Shown here in pieces: positions 51,690-63,640 of a stretch of 64,000 nucleotides of DNA. The stretch comes from Hemiscyllium ocellatum (lineage: Eukaryota): positions 3,844,001 to 3,908,000 of the forward strand of contig NW_026867487.1 of the NCBI RefSeq assembly GCF_020745735.1. The letters run 5' to 3'. The notes below the pieces were generated by a model that was not told the DNA's origin, did no database searches, and saw only the letters and a list, made by a program, of their open reading frames with translations. The position numbers were made by a program, and so were the translations under genes. Each line of letters begins with the position of its first letter. The first letter of the stretch is position 1.

Positions 51690-52398
51690 GAACATGCAAC
51701 AAAAAACAACAAGCAGTCTGCTTACTTCTCCCTGTAATTCTATCTGTAAATATCTCTAACCATTTCTACATCCCTATGTTTATGCACTTTCTTTAAAATC
51801 CGTCTTTCCATTTGTCTCAAATACCCCTTGTGGAAATAACAGCCAGATTCTAGACATTCTGCATTTAACCAAAATTAGTTAGAAATCTGTTTTGGATCTT
51901 GTGCCGTTTAATTACTTTTCAATTAAACTTTTAAATATGAAATCCTTCTCAAGTGCAATATCCCCTTCTCTGTCCAGAACCTAAGACCGTTTAGTCAGTG
52001 AAAAGATATCAGTTTGGTTACCCTATAGTCTTGTGACCAGTCGGGAATGGATCAGAAGCTTACATATTATTTTCTGACTGTTCATTTCTTGAAATTCGAG
52101 CATCATCTGCACAAGTTGTATTCCATGTGCGGTTGTGTCCCTTAGTTTTACAGCCAAGAAAGAGACAAGAAGTGCACATCCCAGTGTACAAAATGCTCAG
52201 ATACTTATCTAACGGGATCACTCTGCTTCAAAAAATGTATACATCTGAGGATTAAATCCTCTTTTAAAAGTTCAGTTCTTACCAATAAGAAATGCTACCC
52301 ACATCAGGGAGAGGACGGACAGCCACATCACTGCTGCTCCGAATGCTTGCGATGTTTCAATACTTCACAACGTTGCAGAGTGTCAGGTAATAAAACAC

Positions 52399-52441
52399 TG
52401 ACAGCATTGGCTGTGTTCAATTGATGTCACTTCCTGAGGAT
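52399..52441. promoter_or_regulatory. Conserved CCAAT / CRE-like / ETS block ~0.7 kb upstream of V1
   Basis: tgacagcATTGGctgtgttcaatTGATGTCActtcctgaggat; 42/43 identical to 60013-60055. Confidence 0.5.
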
Positions 52442-53014
52442 CGCGAGAGAATCACTCGAGACTGATCGTCTGATGATGTGGATAACCATATGTCTAAGTC
52501 TGTGTCAGAGAAGAGAAACATTAATGAGGCATTGTAATGAGAAGCGTATCAAATGAGTAAGCAAAGTCACGTTTGTCTGGAACTGAGCGTTTTAGACACT
52601 CAGTGGTCTGAAATAATTCATTTCCGGGAAATAAATATATTTGTTGAAATTCGAAGTACCTTTTTCACTCACTGGCACTCGTCAGTTGGGTTTAGAGAGT
52701 GGTGACATCTGACAAAATTCAATGCGTGATATATGAGGGAATGATTATCCCTACTCACTCCGTGTTAGCAGCTCCAAAACAGCGAGTGAGGGCAATCAGC
52801 AGCGTATGTTAGAGGGGACTTGTAATAACTCCATCATATTTAATCTACCTGTTGCTAACTGTGGAATTAATTTGCAATGGAAAGCTCGCTCATTTCTTTG
52901 GTTTGATAGGAACAACCAGGCTCTTTCTTAAATACTGGTCAATGTTTCTCCCTGCACAGCCCTTCAGCTGTTCACTTGGTTGCCAACGTGTGATGGCTCC
53001 CTCTTGAGTCCTCT

Positions 53015-53300
53015 CATTGTCACTTTCAGTTTTCAGTAATATATTGCTCTGACAGCATCTACAGCTCACTGTTTGCAAAATTACCCTCACTTTCTTACAC
53101 AGTCGATGTAAACAGAAAATCTAGGAAATCCTCAGCTCTGATAACATCAGCAGTTACGAAGTTCGGAGGTGAGGAAGTTAGAAATGTAAATTCTTCCAAA
53201 CGCTGGAATTTACAATTGCAGAACTTCAGTTGGTTATCATTATGCTCTGGCATTATCTGATCATTCATCTTCCTCAAAATATACAAACAGCACATCTAAA
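53015..53300 (-). pseudogene. Dead V segment of a second family with broken 23-RSS
   Basis: AGA TTT TCT GTT TAC ATC GAC (RFSVYID)...ctgtcaga-GCA ATA TAT TAC TGA (AIYY*, Cys to stop), then GACAATG, 23 nt, aca... Confidence 0.6.
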
Positions 53301-55557
53301 TGATATCAGGGATACCTGCATGGAGTAGTGTGTAAATTTTATAATGAGGTACCAGTTTTGAGAGCTGAAGCTGAATGAGGTATCACAGGTGGTGTTCTGG
53401 GAGCATTTTGACCCACTTATTTAAATAAAGGCAAAGTTTCATTAGAGTCAGTTCAGAGGAATAATCCCGAGACTGAAGAGATTTTTTGTACAAACAAAAA
53501 AAAGTGTTTCAAACAGAACAGATAGCAGTTCAGTCGAATGTGAGGTCATCTTTTTGAAATATATCAGACTGCGGCCATTACCATTGAGGACTTCTCGGGG
53601 TAAACATTGGGACAAATGATTTCATTCATGTGAGATTGTGGGACCATAAGGAACAGTCTCAGAATAAAAATCCCCAATTAAGACAGTGATTAGGAAGAAT
53701 GTCTTCGCTCCGTGAGTGCAACTCGTCAGCGTGTTGACATAGACAGCTGTTTGGGCAAAATTCCTTCAACAATGACAGCTAAAATATTTTAAAATATAGT
53801 CTGTAGCTTAAACAAAATTTAAAAGGATAATAACCCTTCATTGAGTAACGTTTTTCTTTTTTAGTTTCATTCCGTCATGAATTGAGGGTGTCACTGTGGA
53901 AGACAATATTAATCTTGAATTGAGTTCCTGCCAGGTCTTCTCAGATAGCAAAAGAGAATCCACATTGCAGACTCCTTATGTATGGAGTGGAATACACACC
54001 TCATCAGATAATTTGGCATCCTTCTTCCTGTAAATGGTGTCATTATACAACAAACCCATTACTCTTTCACGTCGACCGCTACTTGTGCTACGTGATTTCA
54101 GAATTTAACTAACTGAATTTGCATTATGTCAGGCATTCTGTCTGCGATCTTCAACCTGACCTTTTTCTTAATTCGAAGGAGCAGTGACATTACTACAACA
54201 CGAAACGTACATTCCCTCACGGTGTTATGCTATTTTTCAAATTCAGTATTTACGTTCTGGAATTAAAATATTGAACACTTGCTGGTATTCATATGCGAAG
54301 CAGAAATGGTGGAATAGTCGGACATTATATTTGCTGTTGCTCTATCTCTACTGGAGGATTCTTCATTCCCCAAACTGGTGCAGTAGAAATGGCCTTGATG
54401 TTCTAAAATTGTATTTCCAATGATTGAACCTCCATCTGGTTAATGCTAAATTACCTTGAAGCTTTTACTCAAGAAATAGATTATTGAAACATGAGGGGTA
54501 ACCTTATCCATGTAAAAAGAATAGGGCACAAATTGGAAAAGTAAACATTATTTCTTCCAATAAAACAGGTCAGTGTATGTCTGAGATTCATTGAACACAT
54601 CATCAAATTTAGACTGCACGGAATCCCCACCACGGCTTCCATTTCATGCTATTCACCTCTCAACTGTCTCCTTCTCTTTGGCCAAGATTTGTTCTCGGAG
54701 AGATTTCTGCCGGTACACAAATCTTGCTACAGAAATGATCAGCAAGGGAATGTGGCAGTGATCTGTATTTCCGCTATGACAGCAAACATCCATCAGTACA
54801 GAGGTACAGAGACAGGAATCAACATGCGGAAATGCCTTCCGCCATTCCCCACCATTGTATCCGTTCACAAAACCATGTCCTTGTCAGGACAGAACTCATT
54901 GTTGCAAATCAAATATTATTTTTGGTCGAATAGCCGTGAATGTGACAATTGCGTTGAAAAATCTGATTTTGGTGGAGATTCTCGCTTTTTAATTTGGCAT
55001 TTTCCATGTGTTGAAATGGAGCCAGCAGTATACAATTCAACAGCCCGTTGCTGAAATGATAGTTGAAGAGGGAAAGCATATCTCTCCAAGCTGCAATTTG
55101 AAGAGAAGTGATGCAAACCTTACGGATTGTGCTACAGGCAGCCTCCACACTTCACCTTTCGACTTACTGGGAGAAGTGTGTAGAAAGACAACTGCATCAG
55201 CAATGTATTTTCCACCCAGCTTAAAAAAAAACGTGTAGGCCATTAAACTACAAGTCAGAAATACCCTCACCTTCTACATTTTCATGTACCTATGTGCCAG
55301 TTAGCACTGGAGTGAAATGGAAAATAGAGCAGATCTCGTACAAAAATCCATCCTTAAAGTTCAAGTTAGTGATCACTAGAAGGCGCCATCACATTGAGAA
55401 GCATGGACAATTGCACCCTGACTAGGAGAGATCCACAAGATGTTCTGAGAGATGGCAATGATGGACGCATAAGACTGAACAGAAAGAGACGACTTTTCCG
55501 TGCATACTTTGTTTATAGAGTGAGTTCTACTCACGCCCGCAACAAGTTTTGAATATT

Positions 55558-56293
55558 GTTGTTGTGACATGGGGTAATCTCTCCTGCTAATTTAAACTAC
55601 CCAGACAGGAAATGTTCCCCTCGTGCTGTGATCTGTCAGAATTTGAGAGGCAAAGACCGATCCCAGTGAACACAATTTAAAGTAAAAATTAAAATCTTTA
55701 TTTTTTAGTCCAACAGAGAATAATAAAGCCAACAACTATGTACGCATGTTTTTCACTTAACCATACTTACACCTCGCAATCTACAATACCTGTCTGATAA
55801 AAATAATCCCGATTAAAGTTTGCAATTAAAACAATGACGTTTCAAAACCAGTCAGTTTTGTCCATTGTCCTTTGTAGATTTTCATCTGTATATCTTCTCT
55901 CGGTCAGTTTCATTTTTGTGCTGTGCAACCCGCTTATGGACAGATATCTTTCAGGGAGCTCTTCAGCAAGCAGCTGATATGTTGGTCCTCAGCAATTCTC
56001 CTATTATCCGGTCAGAATGTCCGGTTTTCTACCCCATAACACCGGATCGCTTCTTTGGCAGTAATATTATCCAAATGCAGCGTTCAGAATTGATTGCACT
56101 TTGGTATCTTGGAGCAGAATTGATAGTGATTTGCCGAATTTGAATTTGATTTTGTTTCATGTAAATTCATCCGCAGCTATTTGCTTCGACCAACTGCTGC
56201 ATTCTTACTTTATTCAGTAGTCTCTGTGATTTGTCAGTCCTTGCTACCTTTTCAACTGTCTTAAAATTACAGCACACATCTACACTTTCATAT
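55558..56293 (-). mobile_element. Solo Gypsy-type LTR, paralogue of 47562-48297
   Basis: tgttgttgtgacatggggtaatctctcc...ctacactttcatatca. Confidence 0.65.
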
Positions 56294-57678
56294 CACCTCA
56301 CCTCGGAATAAAACAAAAAACACCATTACAATCGAAAGATGGCTTGGGTATTTCCTCTACTCCTCGCCCATAACGTCATGATGTACATTTGATTTTAATC
56401 TCAGTTCATATGAACTTCTTCCCGCATAACATAAAACATTCAAATGATACCAATCTAACCATGATTTATCAGTTAGATCAATAAGGAAACTGTGATTACA
56501 TTCTTATGATCTGCAACATTTACGATTTGTAAATTAAATGTCTGTAATCGAAGAATCCAATGAAATAGTCTCGTATTCTTGTCGACAAGGTTTTTCATCA
56601 TCTCAACACGTAGTACGTCAGCAAATACATACACAGTTGAATGATGCCATTCAACTCAATGTGTGAGGGAAGGGATTTAATCTGTTCTCCAACATGGTGA
56701 ACCATCGTCATTGAGAAACAGGCAGTGAGGCATGAACCAAGCAACTGCTGAGGAGAAGATTGCAGTGAGCTGGATTCTTGCATGTCTGCCTTGCCCATTG
56801 TGATGGGATACCCACATCCTTTTTAAAATGCGAGATCCAGGGCCTGGACCACTTGATGTTGCCGTAATCTGATGTTGGTCGCCACTTTGACGTCATGATC
56901 TGTGGATTAAAGCAACTATCAGATGACTGGAGTTTTACACTGTAATACTTTCTGTAATAGAGCCAGTCAGATTTGATGCTGAATGTCTCATCTGAAATAA
57001 TTCAGCATCAACTCTTTCTGTTCAAATCCACCATTCCCTCTGCAAACGTTTATGCATTTTCTATTTACTCTTACCATACTGGTACAGATCTCTTACCTGT
57101 AATTTCGTGAGTTGTAAAATGTTAGCATCTCAGTAATGTGGCAATATCAGTCGTCCCTTTCCCTGTGTTCACTATATTAGACTCCATGGTTGTTGCCATC
57201 ATTTTCATGTTATTTGCTTCTCTATTTTTGTAGGCATTAATTTTGCAGATCTGGTCTCACAGGTGCTGAATAAAATGATTCAATTTGAAGGTAATTGAAG
57301 ATTATTATTTTCAGCTATTTGTCAAAGACAACGTATATATTTCAATTTTACCACGAGACCCGGCTTTTAATGAATGATATCACTAAATGTGGGAATACTG
57401 TGAGAACAAATGGGGTTTGTGCTTGGCTTGCTGTTTCTGTGGACCCTTTGAAAATGAGGGAACTTCACGATCAGTGTGTTACTGTGGTACAAGTCGTGCC
57501 GGTCAACCTGGGTTAAATTGGTATAAGGGGAGGTGTGCAGTCTGCATATAAATTCGTCGTTTGTAAATGCATTCTTGAAAAGCTGTGATGTGACGTAGAT
57601 CTAAATATTTCACAAATGAGAGTAATAGATGCTGGATTGAGGGAAATTTTGTCTTTTCCATCCTTGCTTCTTAGCAAA

Positions 57679-58012
57679 TGGCACAGTGGCTCAGTGTCTA
57701 GCACAGCTGCCTCAGATCGACAGGGACCCGGACTTGATTTCAACCTCGGGCAACTGGCTGTGTAGAGGTTGCACGTTCTCGCCCAGTCTCGGGTAATGTG
57801 GTTACCTCCCAGAATCCAGAGATGTGTAGGTTAGGTGAAATGGCCATTTGAAGTTGCCCATATTGTTCAGAGATGTGTAGGTTAGGTGCATTAGTTTGTC
57901 AAATATAGCGCAGCATTGTACAGAAATGCGTCTGGGTGGTGTTCTCTTTGGAGGGTTGGTGAGGAATGGATGGGCCAAGGAGCCAGTATCCACACTGTAG
58001 GGACTCCATGAT
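57679..58012 (+). mobile_element. Degenerate HE1-type SINE
   Basis: ggcacagtggctcagtgtctagcacagctgcctcag...tccacactgtagggactccatgat. Confidence 0.8.
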
Positions 58013-58831
58013 TTGATCTGAACATTATTCAAATGCATTATTAGGAAATTCGCATGGTTTTGTAAATTAAAAGCTTGCGGACAGAATAGTTTCTCTCAAT
58101 GTCTGACTTGACATGGTTTTCCAATCGTTCAATGATATATAAATTTAATATAACCACACCACAGAAAGGTACAGAAAAAACAAAACAATTACTTTTATGC
58201 ACACATAACGTTATCTGACTAGTTCAGATTTCTAAATGTGCTTCGAACGTTCTATGGCACAAATATTAATTATCCAACAGGCTTTTATATTCTTTGGATT
58301 CTTGACCAACGAAATCTGTTCTTTCTGATTATTGTCATGAACTGTTGGCGATCTTCCCATCATCTCGTGAAAATATCCCATTTTCACTTTATTGTATTGT
58401 AGATTCTTAGTCTTTATAGGTTTATTTTTAAAACTGATATGTGTTCAATCAGTTTACTGTAATGACCAAGGATTTCCTCGCCTGGCAACTATTGCATGCT
58501 GGCATTCCGCATCGAAAAGTTAGCTGTTCATTTTCGTCTTATAAAACGGAGTTCCGTGGATATTTTTAGGATCAAGCCGATTGCACAGTTTGTATATTCA
58601 ATGAATATGAGTGAGGAGCTTACAGTGAACCTCAAATAAACAGCAAAGATTACGGACCTCACATGATTGAAGCAGCAAGCGGAATCTTTACTTGGTGAGA
58701 GCAAGTTTAAATGGTCTTTTGTCTGAGTTGTCCTCCGGGACGTTTCACTCACAGCTATGCACCACAGTTCCACGAAACCCTGTTAAGAACAACGCTGAAG
58801 ACGCCGCATCTGTGACCCAGAAACCTGTGAT

Positions 58832-58870
58832 AGTTATTGTACGAGGATTCAGCTGGTTCACATCACTGTG
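58832..58870 (-). other. 23-bp-spacer RSS of V2
   Basis: CACAGTG - atgtgaaccagctgaatcctcgt (23) - ACAATAACT. Confidence 0.95.
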
Positions 58871-59314
58871 AGAATCATTGCACAGTAATATACTGCGGTG
58901 TCAGACAGAAGGACGTCTAAAATGGTCAATTGGAACAACTTCTCTGCATGATGGAGGGCAGACGAAAACCGGGTCTGAACGAAATCCGCCTTCGTTTCAG
59001 CATTAGTACTCGTGTACATCCTGATTGCGAACTCGAGCTGTCTGCCTGGATACTGAAAGTACCAGAAGATATAATTCGAGCTTCCAGTGTAGGTGCAGTT
59101 TAAAGTGACATCTTCTCCCTCAGTCTGTGTGAGATAGGGCTCCCGCTGAGTGACAGAATCTCCATCGCTCAGATCTAGAATACAATGTTACGGAATACGG
59201 AAATCAGTAATGAAATATGCAAATAAACCGAACTGAATATGGAATTTCACCGTGTAAACAAAACGTAGACCGAATTGAGAGTAACAATAAGTTCATTTGG
59301 CACGTCACACTCAT
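58871..59314 (-). CDS. TCR alpha/delta-type V gene segment V2, apparently intact: join(59314..59251, 59174..58871)
   Basis: Leader MSVTCQMNLLLLSIRSTFCLH G|gt, 76-nt intron, ag|AT; DLSDGDSVTQREPYLTQTEGEDVTLNCTYTGSSNYIFWYFQYPGRQLEF...RFSSALHHAEKLFQLTILDVLLSDTAVYYCAMI; C23, W41 and C104 present. Not in the ORF track. Confidence 0.9.
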
Positions 59315-60012
59315 CTTCACATAGCTAAAAACAAAAAGAATCGTGCTTATTTCTCCCTGTTATCCTATCTGTAAAAATCTCCAACCATTTCTACTTCCAT
59401 CATGTTATCCACTTGCTTAATAATCGATTTTCTTGTTGTCTCAAAAAGTCCCTGTGGTAACAACAGCCAGATTCTAGACATGCTGCGGCAAAACAAATGT
59501 ATTTAGAAATCTGTTTTGGATCATCTTGTGCCACTATTGTTTTTCAATTAAAAGTATTGGTATGGAATCCTTCTCAAGTGCAATTTTCCCTTCCATAACC
59601 TATGATCGTTTGATCATTGTAAAGACGTCAGTTTGATTACTCTGTAGTCTCGTGCCCAGTAGGGAATGGAATAGAAACTTACATATTATTTTCTGGCTGT
59701 TAAATTCTCGAAATTCGAGAGTCGTCCACAAAAATCCTTTTCCATGTATCCTTTTGTCTCATGCTTAAAGATAAGAAAGAAACAAGAAGTGCACATCCAA
59801 GTGCACAACTTGCTTGTATATTTGTCAAATGCGGTCATTCTGCTTCAAAAATTCATTTATCTAACACTAAATCATCTTATAAACTTCAGTTCTTACCAAC
59901 AAGAAAGGTTATCCACACCAGAGAGAGGACGGTGAGTGACATTGCTGCTGCTCCTGATGCTAGCGATGTTCCAATACCTCACAACATTGCAGAGCGTGAG
60001 ACAAGTAAAAAT

Positions 60013-60055
60013 TGACAGCATTGGCTGTGTTCAATTGATGTCATTTCCTGAGGAT
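60013..60055. promoter_or_regulatory. Conserved CCAAT / CRE-like / ETS-like block ~0.7 kb upstream of V2
   Basis: tgacagcattggctgtgttcaattgatgtcatttcctgaggat. Confidence 0.5.
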
Positions 60056-60608
60056 TATGCGATAGAATGACTCGAGTCTGATAGTTTGATGATGTCAATA
60101 ACCGTAAGTCTGTGTCTCTGTCAGAAAAGAGAAATTAATGGGGCACTATAATAAGTAGAGTATCAAATGAGTAAGCAAAAACACTTTTATCTGAAACTGA
60201 GCATTTTGGCCACTTAATAGTCCGAAATATGTCGTTTCCATTAACTAAATATATTTGTTGACATTGAAGTTCCTTTTCACTCACTGGCACTCGTCAGTTG
60301 AATTTAGAAAGTGGTGATGTCTGATAAATTTCTATGCATGACATAAGAGGGAAACATTATCCCTTCTCACTCCGTGTTAGCAGCAACAAAACAAAAATGG
60401 GCAATCGTCAATGTATGTTAGAGGCGAGTTCTATTAACTCCACTGCATTTAATCTGCCAATTGTTCACTGTGGAATTAATTTGCATCGGAAAACTCGCTC
60501 ATTGCTTTTTTTTCGGTTTTACAGGAACAAGCAGTCTCTTTGTTAATTGCTGATCAATGTTTCTCCCTGCACAGCATTTCAGCTGTTCGATTTGTGCCAA
60601 GGTGGCGT

Positions 60609-61900
60609 AGTTTTGTGCGATGCTCCCTCTTGAGTCTTGTCATTGTCACTCTGAGTTTTCAGTAATATATTGTTCTGACAGGCATCCACAGATCCCTATT
60701 GGTAAAATTACCCCAATTTTTTAAACAGGCAATGTAAACAGAAAATCTTCGAGTAAAAATCTTCAACGTATCATCCGCCGCCATTTCCGCCAACTCCAAA
60801 CGGACCCCACCACCAAGGATATATTTCCCTCCCCTCCCCTATCAGCGTTCCGCAAGGACCACTCCCTTCGTGACTCCCTCGTCAGATCCACACCCCCCAC
60901 CAACCCAACCTCCACCCCCGGCCCCTTCCCCTGCAACCGCAGGAAATGTAAAACTTGCGCCCAAACCTCCACACTCACTTCCCTCCTAGGCCCCAAGGGA
61001 TCCTTCCATATCCGCCACAAGTTCACCTGTACCTCCACACACATCATCTATTGCATCCGCTGCACCCGATGTGGCCTCCTCTATATTGGTGAGACAGGCC
61101 GCTTACTTGCGGAACGCTTCAGAGAACACCTCCGGGCCGCCCGAACCAACCAACCCAATCACCCCGTGGCTCAACACTTTAACTCTCTCTCCCACTCCAC
61201 CGAGGACATGCAGGTCCTTGGACTCCTCCACCGGCAGAACACAACTACACGACGGCTGGAGGAGGAGCGCCTCATCTTCCGCCTGGGAACCCTCCAACCA
61301 CAAGGTATGAATTCAGATTTCTCCAGTTTCCTCATTTCCCCTACCCCCACCTTGTCTCAGTCGGTTCCCTCAACTCAGCACCGCCCTCCTAAACTGCAAT
61401 CCTCTTCCTGACCTCTCCGCCCCCACCCCACTCCGGCTTATCACCCTCACCTTGACCTCCTTCCACCTATCCCACCTCCATCGCCCCTCCCCCTAGTCCC
61501 TCCTCCCTACCTTTTATCTTAGCCTGCTTGGCTCTCTCTCTCTTATTCCTGATGAAGGGCTTATGCTCGAAACGTCGAATTCTCTATTCCTGAGATGCTG
61601 CCTGGCCTGCTGTGCTTTGACCAGCAACACATTTGCAGCAATGTAAACAGAAAATCGAGACATACTCAGCTCTGATAACATCACCAGTTATGAAGTTAGG
61701 AAGTGAGCAAGTTAGGAATGCAAATCAAGATTATTGGGGCTTTATCCCGATTTTTATGATCTATTTGCAATGAATGTACAGCTGACGTATTCGAATAACT
61801 TTTAGGATTTTTTTATGCTTATCGCTGATTGCACATCTTCTAACCTGCATAAAGTTACAATTGCACAACTGCTCTGGTATTATCTGGTAACTCATCTTTT
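60609..61900 (-). pseudogene. Dead V segment (paralogue of 53015-53300) split by a Penelope insertion
   Basis: HKNRDKAPIILI (FR2-like) at ~61725-61765; RFSVY cut by the insertion; TAT TAC TGA; GACAATG - 23/24 nt - (c)acaaaact. Confidence 0.6.
60748..61637 (+). mobile_element. Penelope-like element (GIY-YIG endonuclease), 5'-truncated, 19-bp TSD
   Basis: Open frame ...CNRRKCKTC...IIYCIRCTRCGLLYIGETGRLLAERFREHL...RRLEEERLIFRLGTLQPQGMN; gcaatgtaaacagaaaatc at 60729-60747 and 61638-61656. Confidence 0.95.
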
Positions 61901-62477
61901 TTAAAAATATGCAGACAGCACATGTAAAGGATGTCAGGAATGCCTGCATGGAGAAGTATGCCGATGTTATAATAAGTTACCAGTTGTGAGAGCTGAAGTT
62001 GTGAAGACTGAAAATAAAGTAACATCCATGTTTTGACGAAGTTGATGTGAATTTGCATACTGCAAGCTGACATTGCAATTGTTACACTCAAGAATGGAAT
62101 TAACATTTAATAAAATCACGAGTCACTGCTGATTGGTTATTTGTTGACATACTTAGCAGCTGACAGCCACCTGCTGACTGTGCGTTTATTCTCCAGTTCC
62201 TGATATCAAAGGAACAAGGACAGAAGTTGAACTCAATGTTATCCATTCAATTGCTTCTGTATAGGAGATGCACAGAATGACGTGAAACTGTCCATAGTAT
62301 GCTATTATGAGTGCCAAGATTCCGTTAACGTGTCTGTTCATGCACATTTGAACGTCGGGCAGATAAGGTATTATGGCATTTAAAAGATCACTGTTGTAGT
62401 AATGATATAAACTCAGTGGTTTCGTTAATCAGTTGACTGCCTCATTTCATATCAGTGAAGTTGGGACTGATTGATAG

Positions 62478-62700
62478 GCTGTGCAGGAATATCAGTTCAT
62501 GAGCTGCAGATATGACATGATAAAGTGTGGGAGCTTCTCTACCAAAAGAAAACCACGTGTTGACCTTCATAATAATTTAACCGTCTATCTGACAGTTCAT
62601 AATAAGCACGACACGCATTTCACTGAGTTTAAATTGATGCTGCTTCACGTGAAAAGCTTTTGTTGCGACTGGACGATTGTAGACTCTTTACTAACATTTA
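62478..62700 (+). pseudogene. Possible decayed V segment in opposite orientation
   Basis: AVQEYQFMSCRYD (FR1-like)...VKSF, then shifted frame LRLDDCRLF (cf. LRLDDSALYYC); no RSS. Confidence 0.3.
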
Positions 62701-63335
62701 CCAGCAAGTAGAAGAAACCTGTTTTTCAAGCGAACACTTTCTGACAGAAAATACTCAACAAAGGTCAAAAGCAAGCTCAATCCAAACTTTCAACACAGCC
62801 TTTTCCTGTTTCGTGTTCACGGTGAATCTGCAAAATAGGAAGACTTGACATTCTGAGTCCAATATTCTGTTCTGCAGTGGGTCACCTGACTCACAAGATT
62901 AGCTCTCCTTCCATAGATGTTGCCAGACCTGCTGAACTTTTGCAGCAATTTCTACTTATGCTTAACATATGGAAAAATGTTGGAACAGATTTTGAAGGAC
63001 CTTTGGAAAGTCGGTGACGATTCACGAATGTTAAATTACCATTGACTAATTTTTCAGAGCATTTTGAGACGAATGCACATCCAGTGATTAGTGGATAACA
63101 GGTATATGTATCGTTTAGGAGTACCAGGAATATTTTGCCAAAGTACCTGAGAATGGTTTTTCAGAAAGTGAGAACCCAATGTCTTTGCAAGTGAAACATT
63201 GCTGTGAATGAAGAATTGGCTGATAAACAGGAAAAAGCAAGTGGGGAAAGTCGTTCTTTCTCCACCTTGCTTCCTGGAACTAGTGGAATGCAACAGGAGT
63301 CAGAGATTGGATGTTTTTACTTGCAATATACTTGT

Positions 63336-63640
63336 GGGCGGCACGGTGGCACAGTGGTTAGCACTGCTGCCTCACAGCGCCTGAGACCCGGGCTCAATTC
63401 CCGACTGAGGCGACAGACTGTGTGGAGTTTGCACGTTCTCCCCCTGTCTGCGTGGGTTTCCTCCCACAGTCCAAAGATGTGCGGGTCAGGTGAATTGGCC
63501 ATGCTAAATTGCCCGTAGTGTTAGGTAAGTGGTAAATGTAGGGGTAGGGGTATGGGTGGGTTGCGCTTCGGCAGGTCGCTGTGGACTTGTTGGGCCGAAG
63601 GGCCTGTTTCCACACTGTAAGTAATCTAATCTAATCTAAT
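63336..63640 (+). mobile_element. HE1-type SINE, young
   Basis: ggcggcacggtggcacagtggttagcactgctgcc...ccacactgtaagtaatctaatctaatct. Confidence 0.95.

Larger units (their letters stand above)
44940..53390. repeat. Tandem duplication unit 1 (TCR V cassette); paralogue is ~53500-62010
   Basis: Collinear matches, e.g. aaatacagtctgtagcttaaacaaaatttaaaa at ~45186 and ~53793; V exons offset by 7623 bp. Confidence 0.9.
53500..62010. repeat. Tandem duplication unit 2 (TCR V cassette)
   Basis: See unit 1. Confidence 0.9.

Noticed and set aside
9053-63640. Most HE1 SINEs lie on the + strand
   Set aside because: Several copies are duplicates of one insertion, so there are too few independent events to call a bias.
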